Position numbers and translations under genes: made by a program | Shown: piece by piece, positions 11,383 to 25,799 of the stretch | How the letters are laid out: every line of letters starts with the position of its first letter | Position numbering within the stretch: position 1 is the first letter of the stretch | DNA from: Eledone cirrhosa | Lineage: Eukaryota | DNA length: 64,000 nt | Direction of reading: 5' to 3' | Assembly (NCBI GenBank): GCA_964016885.1 | Contig: OZ024743.1 | Location: 148,924,001 to 148,988,000 of the forward strand | The notes under the pieces: generated by a model | What the model was told of the DNA's origin: nothing | Seen by the model: only the letters and a program-made list of their open reading frames with translations | Database searches by the model: none

Positions 11383-14300
11383 AAAGCAATGAAGAAAGGG
11401 ACCAATGCATGAGTTAACCTCATTATCTAAGACTAAAGCCAGTCTGATGAGATTCTACAATCTTTCTTTTATCATGGATGATTCTTCCCACTCAGTGGTC
11501 ATTTAATTGGAATTTTTTAGAAAATCAATAATAAAGCAATTAATGTCACGACCAGCTGGATCTTCTTTTTTTTCTTTCTTTTTTTATTTGTTGTAGTTGT
11601 TGTTTTAGTTGTATTGTCTTTCAGCTTATGTGTTTTTCTTTTTTATTTGCTGGTCATAGCAGATTGTTATAATCAATCTCGGATATCGACTGTTCCTATA
11701 ACATATAAATATGCAATTAACTTTATGTTGTTTTCATTTATTTGTTATCTTCTCTATGTATGTGTATGTACATGTATTTGATAAGAATAATAATATAAGA
11801 TTGTTGCTGTCGTTTAGTTCCATGTCAGTCTTGATCGAATAGCTCAATGATGAAAGACATTCCAACATTGACCATCCTATTTTTTTCTATCTTCAGGGAA
11901 CCAAGTATCACATTATCAAATATGTTTTTTTTTTCTTGGTGGGTAATTTAAGTGAAATTTTGCTACTATTTCTTGCAGATCATGTAACCATGTAAGGGTT
12001 CCATTATTGGATCATAAAATACACAGTTATTTGTGTTAGTTAAGTATACAGGTAAGTATATAGTTAAGTTATGTATGTTAGTTAAGTATACAGGGGACCC
12101 TTTGATAACAAACATCTGTGGTAATCAAAATCATTGTAATGAATTCTTTTTCATAAATTTTGTAATAAATGAAATAATGCTAAGAAATGATTTCCATACA
12201 AAAATAATGTATTAAGTTAGTTTTTTGTCCTGCCCCTCCCATTCCCCCCCAAAAATTTATTAACATAATCGTAATTTAAACTCTTGAAAATATATCTCTG
12301 TGAAATTTAATTAAAAATAAGCGTTATTAAGAAAGTACGAGGAAAGAATTTGAGGGGACATTAAACTGTAGTTATATGTATTGAGTAAGACAAAATGGAA
12401 GTCAACATTGATAAACTAAGAGCAAATTCTTTTTTTCTGTTTATTTAATTTTGCAATTTATAACCATTTTTCACTTTTATTATACTTTTATTATATGAAT
12501 ATATTTTTCGTGATAATTTGTGTTTTATTAATTTTTAAAGGGGTTCTTTGTGTGTAGGCTTTCAGTATTGATTGAAAGTATGGAATGAATTAACTGATGT
12601 CATAATACATTTTATAGTAACAAATGAGATTCTGGTATGAATTAGATTCATTATCAAAAGGTCTACTGTACTTTATTTATTCTGTAGTTAAAATTTTCCC
12701 AGAGGATGCCAGTCCTCCTTAAAGGAACTAATATTAATAGTAGTTTAAGCAAGAGAGGGGGAGAGAATGAATTTGTGTGGGTTCTATAATAGCGACAAGC
12801 AAAGGAATGGAAACATAGAATACTAACAATAGCATTAGTGACATAAATGAGATTAATAAATTAATCCTATGTTAATATTGTTTCTTTTCAATGCCAATCT
12901 ATACCACAGAATATCTAATGATTTTTACCCAACACTGTATGTATAGATATATGTAAACAATTTGTCTCTATATAAAATATATTTAAGGATAGATATAGGA
13001 TAAGCTGGGTTAGTTTCATTCCTGTATTGGAATCTCATCAGTAACCAAGTATTTTAATGCTAATATCCTAACAAATAAACTGCTTATAAATCCATTATTA
13101 CATGTTGCTTAAGTAAATCAAATGGATTGATTTACCTATATAGATTCACTCATATAGTATTTACATCTGTCTATACAAACAGTGTTGACTAAAATTTATA
13201 GATATGTTGATGATTTTGTAGTATAATATAGCATAGTTATAGGGAAGTCATTGAAGACATAAACTCTTCTTTTCTATAAGTAATTGCATAATATGCCATC
13301 TAGTTTAACACCACCACTGGAGATTTTAGTTCTTTAGATAGTAAGCAGAGTAGACTGACCAGGGTAATATTACCATGATCAAAGGAGGGGGCCTCTATGG
13401 AGCCACTTCAACTGTTTAAAATAGAAGTAAATTCTCAAGTCACACCTACCATTTTTTAAAAGGTTGAATACATTGGATACATTTATACAAAATTATCAGG
13501 CTCGACATGGCTGGAATAAGGCAGCTCAAACAGAGCTAAGCTGGAACTAAACAACCTTTCCCCCAGTTCTTCATTGTCTTGGGTGGCAGTCCTAACTTAC
13601 AACTCAGTTTTAATACTGCCACCTGGTCACTGATAGCATTTATCAGAGTTTATGCTGTTACAAGACCAGAATCTACTATCTTTGCCTTTCATCCTTACGG
13701 GGTCGGTTGATAAAACAAAGCACTAGTGATGCACTGGGATAATTGCTGGCCTTGTGCCAAAAGTAGAAACAATTATTTTATGAACATAAATAACAAAATG
13801 GATTCCATGCCATTTTTTGACAATAGTTATTTCAGTTGTTTGATAAACAGAACTGTTTCCTCATTGAATTATAAATGTTACTGGCTGAAACTATCTCAGA
13901 CATTCTTATATATAACATAACCCTCAGACTAAATCAGTGTGACATACTGTAACAAGGCTGGTCCTTGAAATTTCAAACACAATTAATCTGATTGGCTCTC
14001 ATACAGTTTGTCTACCCAATTAAAAGGTTATAGTAGAAAACACATGCTGCACAGTGGGACTTTATCTGAAACGTAATGACTGCAAAATGAACTTCTTAAG
14101 CATTCAACCATGCTTACCTCAGCAAAGAACATGCAGAAAACACTGTCATTACAGAAGTGAATGTCATTGAATAGTCTTCAGCTCCAGAATTGGCAACAGA
14201 CATTGCTATAAACTATGAAGGCAACTAAATGTTTCAATAGTTAACTTCAGTAATTTATCCTGACAATAAACTTACACTTGAGAAAGATGTGAATTGTTGA

Positions 14301-15383
14301 AATATTAAAATATATTTTTTCTAGGACAACGAAGATGATATAGTGTTTTTTAAATCATATTTACATCAATGTTGAAGAAATCCCTATTATATTTCATAAA
14401 ACTTTCTCACTCTAATTACTCAATGTTAATTGAGGAAGGTATGGATGTCAATTAATATACATACAGAATACTACAATATTGAGTTTGACACATAAATCAA
14501 GAATTCATAAGTTGATTCAAGTTACCATATACAGGAAACCTCCTTCAACCTGACACATTGATGTACTCTTCTTCGGATCACATTTGTATCACCAAGGAAG
14601 TGAGTGTCAGTTGTGATGGAAGACATTCTGACACTTCGGTAACCCAGGACCTCTGTAGTAATATTTGCAGACTTATGCCAGATTTATTTGATATGCCTTA
14701 GGGAATGTGGAATGATAATGGTTCTATTTATTAGGCTGAAGGATAACTTTTAAAGGGGATATGTGTAAGTTTGCTAAACAAAGCTTACAATATTTCTGAT
14801 ATTTTTTCATCAATCATTCAACAATAAAAAAAAAAAAGCAAAAAAAAAACCCAACAAAACATACAAACCAATAAGAATACCTTTATACGGTCAGTTGACC
14901 TCACAGAAATAGCTCCTAAAAATCTTTATATATCAAATCCTAACATATTAAAAAAAGGAGGTTAGATTGGATAATATCATCTAAGATACATAATGTTGAA
15001 AATAAAAAAGGTAAAAATAGATAGAATCATCACAATTGGAATGCCTTTGATCATGAGTGTCTTCAATCAGGACTAACCCAAGGCTAAACAACAACAAAGA
15101 TAAACACTGATAGGATTTAAACTCTGAACTGAATGAAAAAAGAAATGAAATACATGTAGAGTCATATAATCTCTGTATCCAAGGGATTTTCCTGGAATAA
15201 TAATGCCAAAATAAATAAAATAATACAAAATCATCAACAAAAAATAAAAATATAAAAAAGATAACAAAACGTCTGTGTTATCATCTGAGACAATTGTAAT
15301 TCAGTTTTAGATTTCTTTTGTATTTAATTTTGACACCTTTAATCTTAAATCTAAATCCCAAATAATCCCTTTACGTTACACCA

Positions 15384-15438
<55 letters not shown>

Positions 15439-15453
15439 CACAAACACACACAC

Positions 15454-15489
<36 letters not shown>

Positions 15490-15789
15490 TCATCATCATT
15501 TTACGTCGGCTTTTCCCTGCTTGCAAGGGTGGGACGAGTCCTATTCAGCACAGCATCTCTCCACTTGTCCCTATATATATATATATATATATATCCACAC
15601 ATGCATATATATATATTTCTGACTATAAAACATAATATCTGAAAATTTTCATTCTTCTTTTTATTAACTGTTCTCAAGACCCATATTTCTGTAGAATTCT
15701 CTTGTCCCTGCTATAATGTCGACATCATGATCATCATTATTTAACGTCTGTTTTTGGTGCATGCACACATGAAAGTTTAAGTTGTCGTA

Positions 15790-17720
15790 CCAATATCAGT
15801 CACAAGTGCTGTAGTGGGCTGTTGGGGGAAACTAACAAAAATATAAGTTATTTTTCTGGTAGGTGCAAAGGAGCAGCTAGTGCTAGTTGAAAAAGACACT
15901 ATCAAATGCTCAGATGATCCCCTAGGAGTGCTTGACAACTTCTGCCACCTTGATGACTTAATTAGCAGTGTGATTGGTTTTTATGAAAGTACAGTAGTGA
16001 GAGAGAAAACTATAGAGGTATTAAGTTGGCTGACCAAGTTATGAAGGTCATTGAAAGAGTCTTAGCTCAGCTGATTAGAGAACATGTTTACATAGATGAG
16101 ATGCAGTTTGGATATGTCCCAGGTAAGAGTACCACAGAAGCCCTTTTCCTTGTAAGACAACTGCAGGAGAAGTACCTACCTAAGAGTAAGCCCCTCTACT
16201 TGACTTTTGTTGACCTTCAGAAAGCTTTTGACAGAGTCCCCTGTTCCATTATCTGGTGGGCTCTTAGGAAACTAGGAGTTAACGATTGGCTTGTGAGGGC
16301 AATTCAAGCAATGTATACAACAGCCAGCAAGGTCAGAATTAACAATGACTATAGTGAAGAACTTAGTGTGCCGGGTTGGTGTCCATCAGGGCTCTGTTCT
16401 TAGCCCTCTTCTGTTTATTATCATTCTTCAGGCAATAACGGAGGAGTTTAAGACTGGCTGGCCATGGGAACTTCTGTATGCTGATGACCTAACCCATATA
16501 GCTGAATCTATAGCTGAACTAGAGATGCAATTCCAAACCTGGAAGCAAGGCCTAGAATCTAAAGGTCTTAAAGTCAACCTGGCTAAGACTAAAGTCCTAG
16601 TAAGTAGAAGGGAAAACAAGGTGCAGATCTCCTCTGGGAAATGGCCTTGCTCAGTGCACAATAAAGGAGTAGGTAGAAATTCCATTCTATGTACCAAATG
16701 CAAGCATTGGATACACAAGGGATGTAATGGGATCTCAGGCAGGCTAAGAAAGAATGTAGGTTTTACTTGTGGCCAGTGCACAGGGACAATAAGTAGCAAA
16801 AACCCTCAGGATACAACCACCTTCAAATGCTAAGATGGCTTAGTTGAAGTGCTAGATAGTAAACATTACCTGGGTGACCAATTCAGTAGTGGAGAAGGGT
16901 GTTTTGAAAGCACAGTAACCTGAGTGAGATCGGGTTGGAGAAAGTTCAGGGAGCTACTACCATTACTAACTACAAAAGATTTTTTCCTCAAAATGAAAGG
17001 CAGACTGTATGATGCATGTATATGAACAGCAATTTTGCAGGCCTAGGAAGACATGGGATGAGGTAATAAAAGTTGACCTGGCATAATTACACCTCTCAAA
17101 GGCAATGAGACAGGACCACAACCTCTGGCGCTATGCAGTGTTACAGAAGACCTGCCCTCTATTATTATCAGGCTGAGGCTTATACCTAGTAGGCAACACC
17201 TTCCTCAACCATCTCCCCTCTCTTTCACCTCCATTGGCGGTAACCATCCCTCTCCTATTACCTATATCCACAATTTCGCCAAGCCTCCCCCTCCTTAGTC
17301 CCAAGACAAAAGTGCCCAGTCCCCACTGTAAAATGGTCATGTTGGTAACATGAAACAAGTGCCCAGTTCACAAGGTAAAGTGGTCGTGTAGTTGTCACGA
17401 CAAAAAGTGCCCAGTTCACACTGTAAAGTGGTCATGTAGGTATCACAACGAAAAGTGCCCAGTCTACACTGTAAAGTGGTCTTGTAGGTGACACAACAAA
17501 AAGCACCCAGTTCACACCTTAATGTGGTTGTGTAAAAGAAACAGCAAAAACCACCCAGCACACACTGTGAATGTGGTTGGCATTAGGAAGGGCATCCAGC
17601 CAGAAACACTCTTATGTGAGCGAGACATGGTCACCCTACCCAACTTGCCTCTAAATGGAACAAACCCATCTAACCCATGCTAACATGGAAGATAGACATT
17701 AATCGATGATGACGATGATG
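15790..17720 (+). mobile_element. RTE LINE relic (reverse transcriptase through 3' tail)
   Basis: QFGYVPGKSTTEA..FVDLQKAFDRVP..GVHQGSVLSPLLF..LLYADDL, frameshift near 16370, Cys-rich domain, 48-bp UTR repeats, (GAT)n tail. Confidence 0.9.
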
Positions 17721-17768
17721 TTATATATATATATATGAATATATATATACAAATATATATACTCATAG

Positions 17769-17845
<77 letters not shown>

Positions 17846-18567
17846 CATATATACATATATATATATACACACATATATATATACATATATACATATATAT
17901 ATATACACACATGTGTGTAGGTGTGTGTGCATGTATAGGAAACATCAAATGAAGAGGTAAGTTGCTCTCTCTAAGCCAAATCTGTTGATTGATACTGAAG
18001 GATAATTCAGAGCAGAGGGATTTTCTCTATTTTATTCTTCATGGTAAATATATACCTTATCTATTGGGAGGGAGGTTCCAGTGGGTGTGTTAAGTGAGAA
18101 GTAGAAAACATGACAGAGGAGAAGGATGCTTGAGAGAGTACAAGTATTGTGGAATGTTCTTTAGCTTTTAGACATGACTCAACAACAGATTAAAATAGTC
18201 AACACACAGCTCCACTTCCATGTATAATCTTCAAATGCACATATATACGCTACATATGTAGACTACCTTACACTTGCTTTCTCTGTCTCTCTCCCTTCTC
18301 TCTCTCATGCTGTAGCCATTTTTTCTCTCTCCTCTCTCTCCTCTATGTATATATACATAGAAAGAGAGTGAGTGAGAGAGAGAAAGAGTGAGATTTATTT
18401 AAAAATAGATACAGATGTATATAAACTTATGCATGAATGTATGTATGTGTGTCTGTGTGTGTGCATATGTATGTGTGTACATATGTATATGTGTATATAC
18501 ATGTATGTAAATATATATATATATACATGTGTGTGTGTGTGTATTTATGTGTGTATGTATACATCTC

Positions 18568-18980
18568 TCCGGGAGAGATGACCCCTTAGCCTTTGTCAAG
18601 GCAGAATTCTAGGAGAAGGAAAACTCTGATATAACACCTGCAACCCTGATGGTATCCAATGATGTTGACTTGTTCTTCTTTTTGGTAAATATCATCTTGG
18701 TTAAGAGAGTGGGACTGGCTTTGTGCAGTGCCTTTGCTCACTATAAAAGCTTCACGGCACAGGCATTGCTTTATATCAGGAGATCTCTCTGCACTTGTCA
18801 TCACATGGTACCATGGGCCCAGCTCTATGTGTCAATAATTGTCACAAGTGCAGTGTTTGTACCAGAGTTTTCAAGTCGCTGGCTGGACTAAAAAGTCACA
18901 CTCGTTCAGCGCATCGGTAGGGGTTCTCCTACATGGATATGAAGTAGTGGCCATACTCGAAAACGAGTTGGCAGCCACCA
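18568..18980 (+). mobile_element. Bipartite RTE-derived non-autonomous element, 5' truncated
   Basis: Near-identical to the reverse complement of 40900-41292. Confidence 0.65.
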
Positions 18981-19029
18981 TGTATATACATATATATATA
19001 TATATATACACACACATATATAAGTAGCC

Positions 19030-19550
19030 ATAGCTCTCACGATACAATCTCTTTCAAATGCCCAGAGGGCTCTTTAGAAGTGGTTGATAGTTTCTGTTAC
19101 CTGAGTGACCAAATCAGCAGTGGAGGAGAATGTTCCGGGAGCACAGTAGACAGAATGAGATCAGGTTGGAGAAAGTTCAGGGAGTTACTACTGCTGCTAA
19201 CTCCAAATGATTTTTCTCTCAAAATTAAAGGCAGGTTGTATGATGCATGTATATGAAATGCAAAGTTCCATGGTAATGAGACTTGTGAAGATTGGAAAGT
19301 AATGAACTACGAGAGAAATTAGGTATATGAGGGATCAGATGCAATGTGCAGAAGAGGTGTTTGCATTGGTATGGATATGTGATGCATCTGAAGGATGAGA
19401 GCTCTAAAAAAAGATGCATAGTGCTCAAAGTTAATGAAAGCCATGGAATGGGCAGCCTTGGTGAAACACAGTCCCTCAACCTAGATCTCTCACAACAGGA
19501 CAGCCTGTCGAACCCATGCTAGCATGGAAAATGGATGTTAAACGATGCTG
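19030..19550 (+). mobile_element. RTE LINE 3' fragment
   Basis: Homologous to 16820-17040 and 10200-10350; ends in the same tail. Confidence 0.7.
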
Positions 19551-19674
19551 GTGATCTGATGAGGAAAACTCCCCCCCCCCCCACCACCCTGTTCTTGCTT
19601 TCTTCATATTCCCACTGAATTTTAAGTTACCTTAAATAGCAACTACACAGCCATTTCTATTCTCCATATATTTC

Positions 19675-19712
<38 letters not shown>

Positions 19713-19786
19713 TGTATATATAATATAAGTATATATATATACTTATATTATATAAGTATATATATATACTTATATAATATAAGTAT

Positions 19787-19866
<80 letters not shown>

Positions 19867-19977
19867 AAAATTAAATTAAGGGTGTCATGCCCGAGACATG
19901 CGCCATATCCACCATAGAATAAGCTCAAAGAATCCAATGAATAGATCTGAGTATTTTATATCAACTAGAAATTGATT

Positions 19978-20014
<37 letters not shown>

Positions 20015-20049
20015 AAAATAAACACATAATCTATATATATGTATATCCT

Positions 20050-20630
20050 ACTTCCAACCTTGCTGCACAAATGTAGGATCAGTTGGCTGATCTCTAACAT
20101 GCACTTCATAGATTTGAAGCCTGTGCAGTGCATTCTACATGTGAAAGGAATTCCACTGAAGCCGGTGGAGAAGTTCAAGTATCTCAGATCTGTATTCACG
20201 TGTGATGGAAAGCAGGAGACTGAATTAACTGCAAAATTAACTGCATTAACTGCAAAAATTGTGGGAGCTTGTGCAGTAGTATGCCAGCTTCTGCATTTGG
20301 TAATTAAAAGAAGGGAGATAGGAGTAAAAGCCAAACTCAATTCAATTTTGTCTTCTTGCCAACCCTTACCTATGGTCATATATCTTGGGTAATGATCAAA
20401 AGAATACGATGGCAAATAGAGTGCATAGCTCAGAGATCAGAGAGTCATTCCAGGTATAGCCGCTACTTCTCCAAACTAAGAGATCACAGCTCTGATACTT
20501 CAGGCAGTTGACACAGGGTAGACCCTGAGGAAGATGGTTGGATAACATCATGAGCTCAGCTGGTCTCAGGAGATGGTTGCTTCTAACAGGAGCCAGATGT
20601 TTGAGGACTCTGCCCGATGACTCTTTCAGG
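20050..20630 (+). mobile_element. Decayed RTE-like LINE of a second family (related copy on - at ~57860-58810)
   Basis: GIPLKPVEKFKYLRSVFTCDGKQE motif; homologous to the reverse complement of 58190-58450. Confidence 0.6.
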
Positions 20631-20648
20631 AATATGGGAGGGAAGAAG

Positions 20649-20680
<32 letters not shown>

Positions 20681-20725
20681 TTTGAACAATGAAAATGAAA
20701 CAAAAGTCGAAGACAGGTGCTTAAT

Positions 20726-20870
20726 TAGTTCATTGTTTTATGATCGTTTCAGAAGGTAGATTGATCATGATCAATCAGTATAATGACTAATGTATAGTGT
20801 TTATGCTATCACGTATACTAGTCATGATTATCTACATCCATCTCACCGCTACCTCAGAAACAATGAACTA
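20726..20870 (-). ncRNA. Degenerate long-stem-II hammerhead (related to the 2814 family)
   Basis: 13-bp stem I tagttcattgttt/aaacaatgaacta enclosing CTGAGGT..GAAACGATCATA; two core mismatches. Confidence 0.45.
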
Positions 20871-21004
20871 TAATCTTTATTTGTAATAAGGAGGCTGAAA
20901 TGCATCAATTGGATACATGGACAAGAGAAAAATAAATAAAGATAAAAGAATAAACATTATGATTCCCAATCAAAGATGAAGAAATATAGCCAGAAATAAT
21001 AACT

Positions 21005-21390
21005 GCTTCTACTTTAGGCACAAGGCCAGCAATTACCCAGCGCATTACTGGTACTTTATTTTATCGACCCCGTAAGGATGAAAGGCAAAGTCAACCTCGG
21101 CGGGAAATAATAACAAACAGAAAAAAGAAGTAGAAAATATTTTAGTACAAAAAAAGTTATAATACGTAGAATAATAAAATAAACTCATGTACAATAATAT
21201 AATTGTTTCTGCTTTTTGGCACAAGGCCAGCAAGTATACCAGTGTATTACTGGTACTTTATTTTATCGACCCCGTAAGGATGAAAGGCAAAGTTAACCTC
21301 GGCGGGATTTGAACTCAGTCCGTAAAGGGACGTAACTGTGCTGCAAAGCAAGGCGTCTGATCCTCTACCAATACTGCCAATCCACCGCAC
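21005..21390 (-). mobile_element. Composite Nin/Deu-like SINE dimer (duplicate of 9340-9725)
   Basis: Same order of partial SINE, spacer and full SINE. Confidence 0.8.
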
Positions 21391-21431
21391 AATAATATAA
21401 TTGTTGTCCTCTGTTTCAGGTCGTCAAACAA

Positions 21432-21607
<176 letters not shown>

Positions 21608-21787
21608 TAAAATGAAATGATGATGAAATGATGATATATATATGAAACACACGCACCAGTTCACACGCACTGTTTCTTATTTCTTATTGGCAACATGACC
21701 CTCCCAAAGTATAACAATACCCGTTTCAACACACGTTTTCAGATAAAGAATCTTGCTAAACAAATTCAGAAACGAAATATATATATA

Positions 21788-21841
<54 letters not shown>

Positions 21842-22782
21842 CATACATATATTTAAGGTGCGCACTCTGACCTAGCTGTATACATATAAGTATGCATATT
21901 TTGTATATCTAGCGATATACGGTATGCATACAGCTATGTTAGAGCAAACACCTTAATTCTATTTTCTGACCGAGTCAGCCGATAGCTCTATATGCAAATG
22001 ACGCTAATCAGCCCTTGTACAGAGTTGTCAAAATCTATGTTTTCACACTTACGGATATATATAATATATATAGACTTGGTTTTTGTATTTGTTTTGGAAG
22101 ATTTCTTATCTGAAAACGAGTGTTGAAACAGATATTGTTATGCTTTGGGAGGGTCATGCTGCCAATAAACACTCACACACACACATACTTGTTGATTTTC
22201 ACTTCAATTTATTACAAACTTCCAGTTGGTTAATTTGATAACTGAATAGTTGTTTATTTGTTTATTGTCAAAGCTCTTTTCTTATACATTCTGTGACCTC
22301 CTCAGTGATGAATTTGTTATTTAATGTCTCTCCTTTGTTCTGTCCTATATCATACAAGGATAGAACTGTCACAGAGGAGGTAGGACCACTCCAATCAGTA
22401 TGTGAATCTGAGAGTGGAATATATTGAATAAAATCATAGTTAACTGATCTTCCTCTATTTTCTTTTATCCAAAGCCAGGAACTTTTCAGCACCCTGGTAT
22501 ATGTATATTTGTATATGCATACTTATGTGTATATATATATATATACATTTCAATACGAGAGGAAACATAATAGTACCACTGATGATGTCACAGGTGTGTG
22601 ATGAAAGAACTTTGATAGACCATATATATATATATATATATATTTATATCTGTATTTTTAACCGTTGGTCAATCAATGATAAACATTGATTACCAGATAA
22701 ATTAACTATGGAGATATAAAAGATACAGAAGCAAAAACCAATCCAGACAAAACAGTAAGTGTGTTTTATTATTATTTCTGTC

Positions 22783-22898
22783 GATCTGAGTTCAAATCCC
22801 GCCGAGGTTGACTTTGCCTTTCATCCTTACGGGGTCGATAAAATAAAGTACCAGTAATGCACTGGGTAATTGCTGGCCTTGTGCCTAAGGTAGAAACA
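22783..22898 (+). mobile_element. 5'-truncated Nin/Deu-like SINE with 15-bp TSD
   Basis: TSD attattatttctgtc at 22768-22782 and 22899-22913. Confidence 0.8.
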
Positions 22899-23000
22899 AT
22901 TATTATTTCTGTCAATATTATAACAATATGACCCTCCCCAAATATAACAATATATATATATGTATTTATGTATGTGTGTGTATATCTATATATATATATA

Positions 23001-23536
23001 GGATAACAAGGTATCATTTACGGTAATCCAGTTTGAGGTTGTGAGTACTCTGTGTTGAAGATAGTTTTAACGTACGGCGTTGTTTGACTCAACAAGAAGT
23101 TAGGTGGCGAGGTAAATAGAATTCCCATGCAGGTGGTTCTTGGAGTAATAATAGTTAAAAAGTGAAGAATAACATGGTCGGTTGTACAAAAAGGGTTTGT
23201 TTACAGTATTAACAATTGTTTCTTTAATCTGGTGAGTCAAAAGGCCACTGATCACTTGAAATTACATCACTCGACCTTAATTACAGTGTGTGTCTCTGAT
23301 CAAATCATTGGAATACTGAAGGGCACTGATATTTATAGATATATCAGAGAATAAAGTGTGCTGTGTTACACCATTCAGTATTCTGATGATTTGATCAGAG
23401 ACACACACTGTAATTAAGGTTGAGTGACGTAATTTCAAGTGATCAGCGGCCTTTAGACTCACCTGATTAATGAAACAATTGTTAATGGTGTAAATAAACC
23501 CTTTTTGTACAGCCGGCCATATTATTCTTCACTTTT

Positions 23537-23540
<4 letters not shown>
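23001..23540. mobile_element. Fold-back pLTR element of the 9022 HHR family
   Basis: ~23150-23320 inverted relative to 23375-23545; HHR on + at 23376-23490. Confidence 0.7.
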
Positions 23541-23589
<49 letters not shown>

Positions 23590-24000
23590 TTATGTGTGTG
23601 TGTGTGTGTGATTCTTACATATATACATGCATAAAAAGAGATGCATACGTGTATATGTTTTTAACAACTATTTATGAATACAGCTATAGATGCACATGTT
23701 GGAATATAACAACAGTATGACATTCATTCTTTAGTAACAGCTGTATTCTATATTGTTAACTAATTGCTGATAATCAGTCAAACCATTAAACAAGTGCTGA
23801 GTGAAAAACAGGCACTGCTAGTCCACTGATGAAGGGTTACACCCACCAACCCACCCATTTCTCCTTCCTTCATTATCTCTCGATCTCTATCTTTGCCTCT
23901 CTTTTCTTTCTCTCTTCACCTCATCCTATATATATATATACAGAAACACACACACCCTTCTATGTATATATATATATATATATACAATACACACACACAC

Positions 24001-24044
<44 letters not shown>

Positions 24045-24755
24045 CATGTTTGACTGTATGTTAGTGTCTGTCTATATATATCATCATCATTGTTAGTTTC
24101 TCAGCTAACTAGAGTTAGATAGGATTTCACAGACCATGTCAGTTTTCAAGAGGAGTTTCTGACCTTTCAGATCAGCTAGGGGTCTGTGTCTTGCTTACAT
24201 ACTGTCCTTCCCCCATACACACACATTCTATTTTATCCTAATAAATAGCACTTGAGATTTTGCCATGACTTTGACACAACTGAAAGGTCCACCCAATCCA
24301 TTGCTTGGCTAGCTTTCTATAGCTAGATGTCTTTCCTATCACCAACCAACCATTTTTTAGCACAGTTTCTGTCACTTTTGTCACGAACCACAACTAGTAC
24401 TAAAGAGGTAGTTGGTCATTTACCAAAATAATGAGCACTCTATTATGAAAGAAATATATATATATATATATATCCATACACAGACAAACACACACACATA
24501 TAATATATACGTTATGTATGTGTGCCAACTCAATGTTAAAACGAAAATGCATTAGTAAAGAATTTTTGCCAGACTGACTATATTATCATGTATGTGTATC
24601 CTCATGTAACTAATTTACTAATTTACAGTCAGATAATTTACAGTCAGACATGTATACAAGCATCAATATATATATATTCATACACACACATATATGTGTA
24701 TGTATATATGTACACACATATACACACACATGCATATATGTACATATATAAATAC

Positions 24756-24797
<42 letters not shown>

Positions 24798-25493
24798 CAC
24801 TCACATATATATATATATAGCTAAAAACATACTTCTTCATCATACACATACAAGTATACATACATTCAAGTGTGCAAACACTACACACACACACTTATGC
24901 ACACACTTCTGTACATATGTTTGTAAGTCAAAGGGGAAGATATTTGACAATTTGTGGGCTGGGAAGTTTTCCTGTCTAAACAGGCTAAATAAATAGAATA
25001 AATAAATCAAAGCCCTGAAAATGAGTTGTAGAAACAGAAGGCAAGGGGTAGGGACTGCAGTTCTTTACTCCTGGCTTATCCTTCTTTAGGGCAGGGGTGA
25101 GACTCAGTGTGTGTGTGTAGTGTAGGAGAATCTTCATTGCCACCCAGCCACCCAGCTGTGAAGACAAGTGATCAAGCTTCAGTTAGTTGTATAAGGCAAG
25201 AATCTTTTCCTCCCCTAGTGAAACAGAAACATAAATACCAACCCCTACCACTAACACCACCAATAACAACAACAACATCAAAAACAACTCCATTGCCACT
25301 ATCAACATTGTCATCACCATCCTTGCTGTAATCATAACCACCATCACCACTGCCACCAGGTGGTTTTATTTTATATATTCTTACTATCTAAAATAGCTTA
25401 CTGTATTATTTAACTCTTATTTGCGTCTTAACATTCAATTCCTCTCACTCACTCTGTAATGATGTTTTATTTTCTAGTTTTGCTTTACAGTCT

Positions 25494-25673
25494 TGGCAGT
25501 ATCGGTAGAGGGTCGGGCGCCATGCTTTCTAGCATAGAGTTACCTCCCTTTATGATCTGAGTTCAAATCCCGCCGAGGTTAACTTTGCCTTTCATCCTTA
25601 CGGGGTCGATAAAATAAAGTACCAGTAATGCACTGGGGTAATTGCTGGCCTGGTGCCAAAAGTAGAAACAATT
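25494..25673 (+). mobile_element. Nin/Deu-like tRNA SINE, full length (further copies ~31020, 31432-31790, 34322-34505, 63324-63670)
   Basis: A box TGGCAGTATCGG, B box GTTCAAATCC, conserved body. Confidence 0.85.
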
Positions 25674-25799
25674 GTCTACCATACTTGCTCATGCTCTCTC
25701 TCTTTATTAACAGAATTATTTTCTTTCATTTCTCAATATATTGTTTTCTCCGAATTTACATCTACTAATCACATTTAAAAAATACAAATATATTCAAGC

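Noticed and set aside
11440-11470. CTGATGA followed by a small hairpin (also at 19556 and 23826)
   Set aside because: No correctly placed GAAA/NUH half; at most relics
14530-14701. GC-richer segment with short open frames on both strands
   Set aside because: No recognisable protein and ambiguous splice sites
25494-25575. tRNA genes
   Set aside because: The A/B boxes belong to SINE heads and no complete cloverleaf forms
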